DNA of 64,000 bases from Isurus oxyrinchus. Lineage: Eukaryota. Location of the stretch: the NCBI GenBank assembly GCA_026770705.1, contig JANJGN010000015.1, forward strand, positions 16,430,001 through 16,494,000, in the 5' to 3' direction. Positions 62,790 through 64,000 of this stretch are shown piece by piece. Below the pieces are notes generated by a model. That model did not search any database. It was not told the origin of the DNA and saw only the letters and a program-made list of their open reading frames with translations. Position numbers and translations under genes: made by a program. Each line of letters opens with the position of its first letter. Position 1 is the first letter of the stretch.

Positions 62790-64000
62790 TTTTATTCGTG
62801 CTTGCAATGTGAGCACTGTTGGCTAGGTCAGCATTGATTACCCATTCCTAATTGCCCTTGAGAAGGTGGTGGTGATCCACCACCATGAACCACTGCAGTC
62901 CCTGTGGTGTAGGTACATCCACAGCGCTGTTGGGGATAGAGTTCCAGGGTTTTGACGCAGTGACAGTGAAGGAACAGCAATATAGCTCCAAGACAGGACG
63001 GTGTGTGACGTGGAGAGTCCCACGCGGGAGCTGGTCCAGTTGCAGTCACAGTAATGTTGGGAATGGGGGTTCTGGCCTCTTCTCTTGTACAGTCTCGGCG
63101 TGCCATTGTGTGTCAGTGACTTGCATTTTGGACCAGCTCCTGGACCATTTGGAAGACCCGTGTGCAACACCAGTGGTTCCTAGACCACACTTTGAGGGAC
63201 CATTTTCTAAATGGTAGGAACCTTGGATTTAGTGCATCTTGTGGATAGTCAACACTGCAGCCGCGGGGTGCACCGGTGACTGGAGGAAGTGAATATTTAA
63301 GGTGGTTGATGGGGTGGCAGGTCAAGCGACTGCTTTGTCTTGGATAGTGTTGAACTTCGAGTGTTGTCAGAGCTGCAGTCATCCAAGCAAGTGGAGCGTA
63401 TTCCAACATACTCATGATGTGTGTCTTGTAGATGCTGGAAAGGCTTTGGGGAGTCAGGAGGTGAGTGATTCATTACAGAGTGCCCAACCTCTGACTTGCT
63501 TTTGCAGCTACAGTATTTATGTGGCTAGTTCAGAAAGGTTTTTGGTCAATGGTAATCCACCCAGGAAGTTCATGATGGATGATCTAGCAATGATAATGCC
63601 AATGAATGTCAAGGGGTTAGATTCTCTCTTTTTGGAGATGGTCTTTGCCCACCACACGTGTGGCGAGAATATTACTTGTCATTTATCAGCCTGAGCTCAG
63701 CCCGAGCTTGACTGTTGTCCAGGTCTCGCTGCATATAGGCAGGGATTGTTTCATGACTGAGGAGTTGTGAATGGAATTGAACACTCTGAAATCCAACTTC
63801 TGACCTTATGATGGAGGGAAGGTCACTGATGAAGCAGCTGAAGATGGTTGGGCGCAGGACACTGTCAGAGGAACTCATGCAGTGATATCCTGGGGCTCAC
63901 ATGATTGACCCCCAACAACCATAACCATCTTCCCTTGTTTTAGAAATGACTTCAACCAGTGGAGATTTTTCCCCTGATTCCCATTGGATTCATTTTGCCT
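62790..64000 (-). mobile_element. Older family-A LINE running off the window end
   Basis: SVLRPTIFSCFISDLPSIIRSEVG; SMLEYAPLAWM; tail ccaccttctcaagggcaattaggaatgg on the minus strand. Confidence 0.75.

Overview
Repeat-rich vertebrate genomic DNA, probably from a cartilaginous fish (inferred from the CR1/L2/DeuSINE/Penelope/Harbinger repeat mix, not from a database search). The only intact host gene I can support is a single-coding-exon MYADM-family gene with two MARVEL domains (5407..6276, minus). The rest is layered transposon debris: (1) a decayed full-length Mag-type Gypsy LTR element (15150..21113) interrupted by a GIY-YIG Penelope-like element (PLE) with a 12-bp TSD, plus a second Gypsy fragment; (2) many CR1, L2 and CR1/L2-group LINE pieces and two tRNA-derived SINE families; (3) a decayed PIF/Harbinger element with transposase and Myb gene, a nested Harbinger composite carrying an intron-containing Myb/SANT gene, and many Harbinger-type MITEs; (4) a 145-nt assembly gap. 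The most notable signals are three TSD-flanked fold-back PLE mini-elements that turn around at a hammerhead-like motif with a non-canonical CUGUYGA core, an inverted duplication of the catalytic region inside the Harbinger transposase, and a decayed hammerhead upstream of MYADM. Boundaries of old repeats are approximate; TSD and TIR coordinates were read directly.
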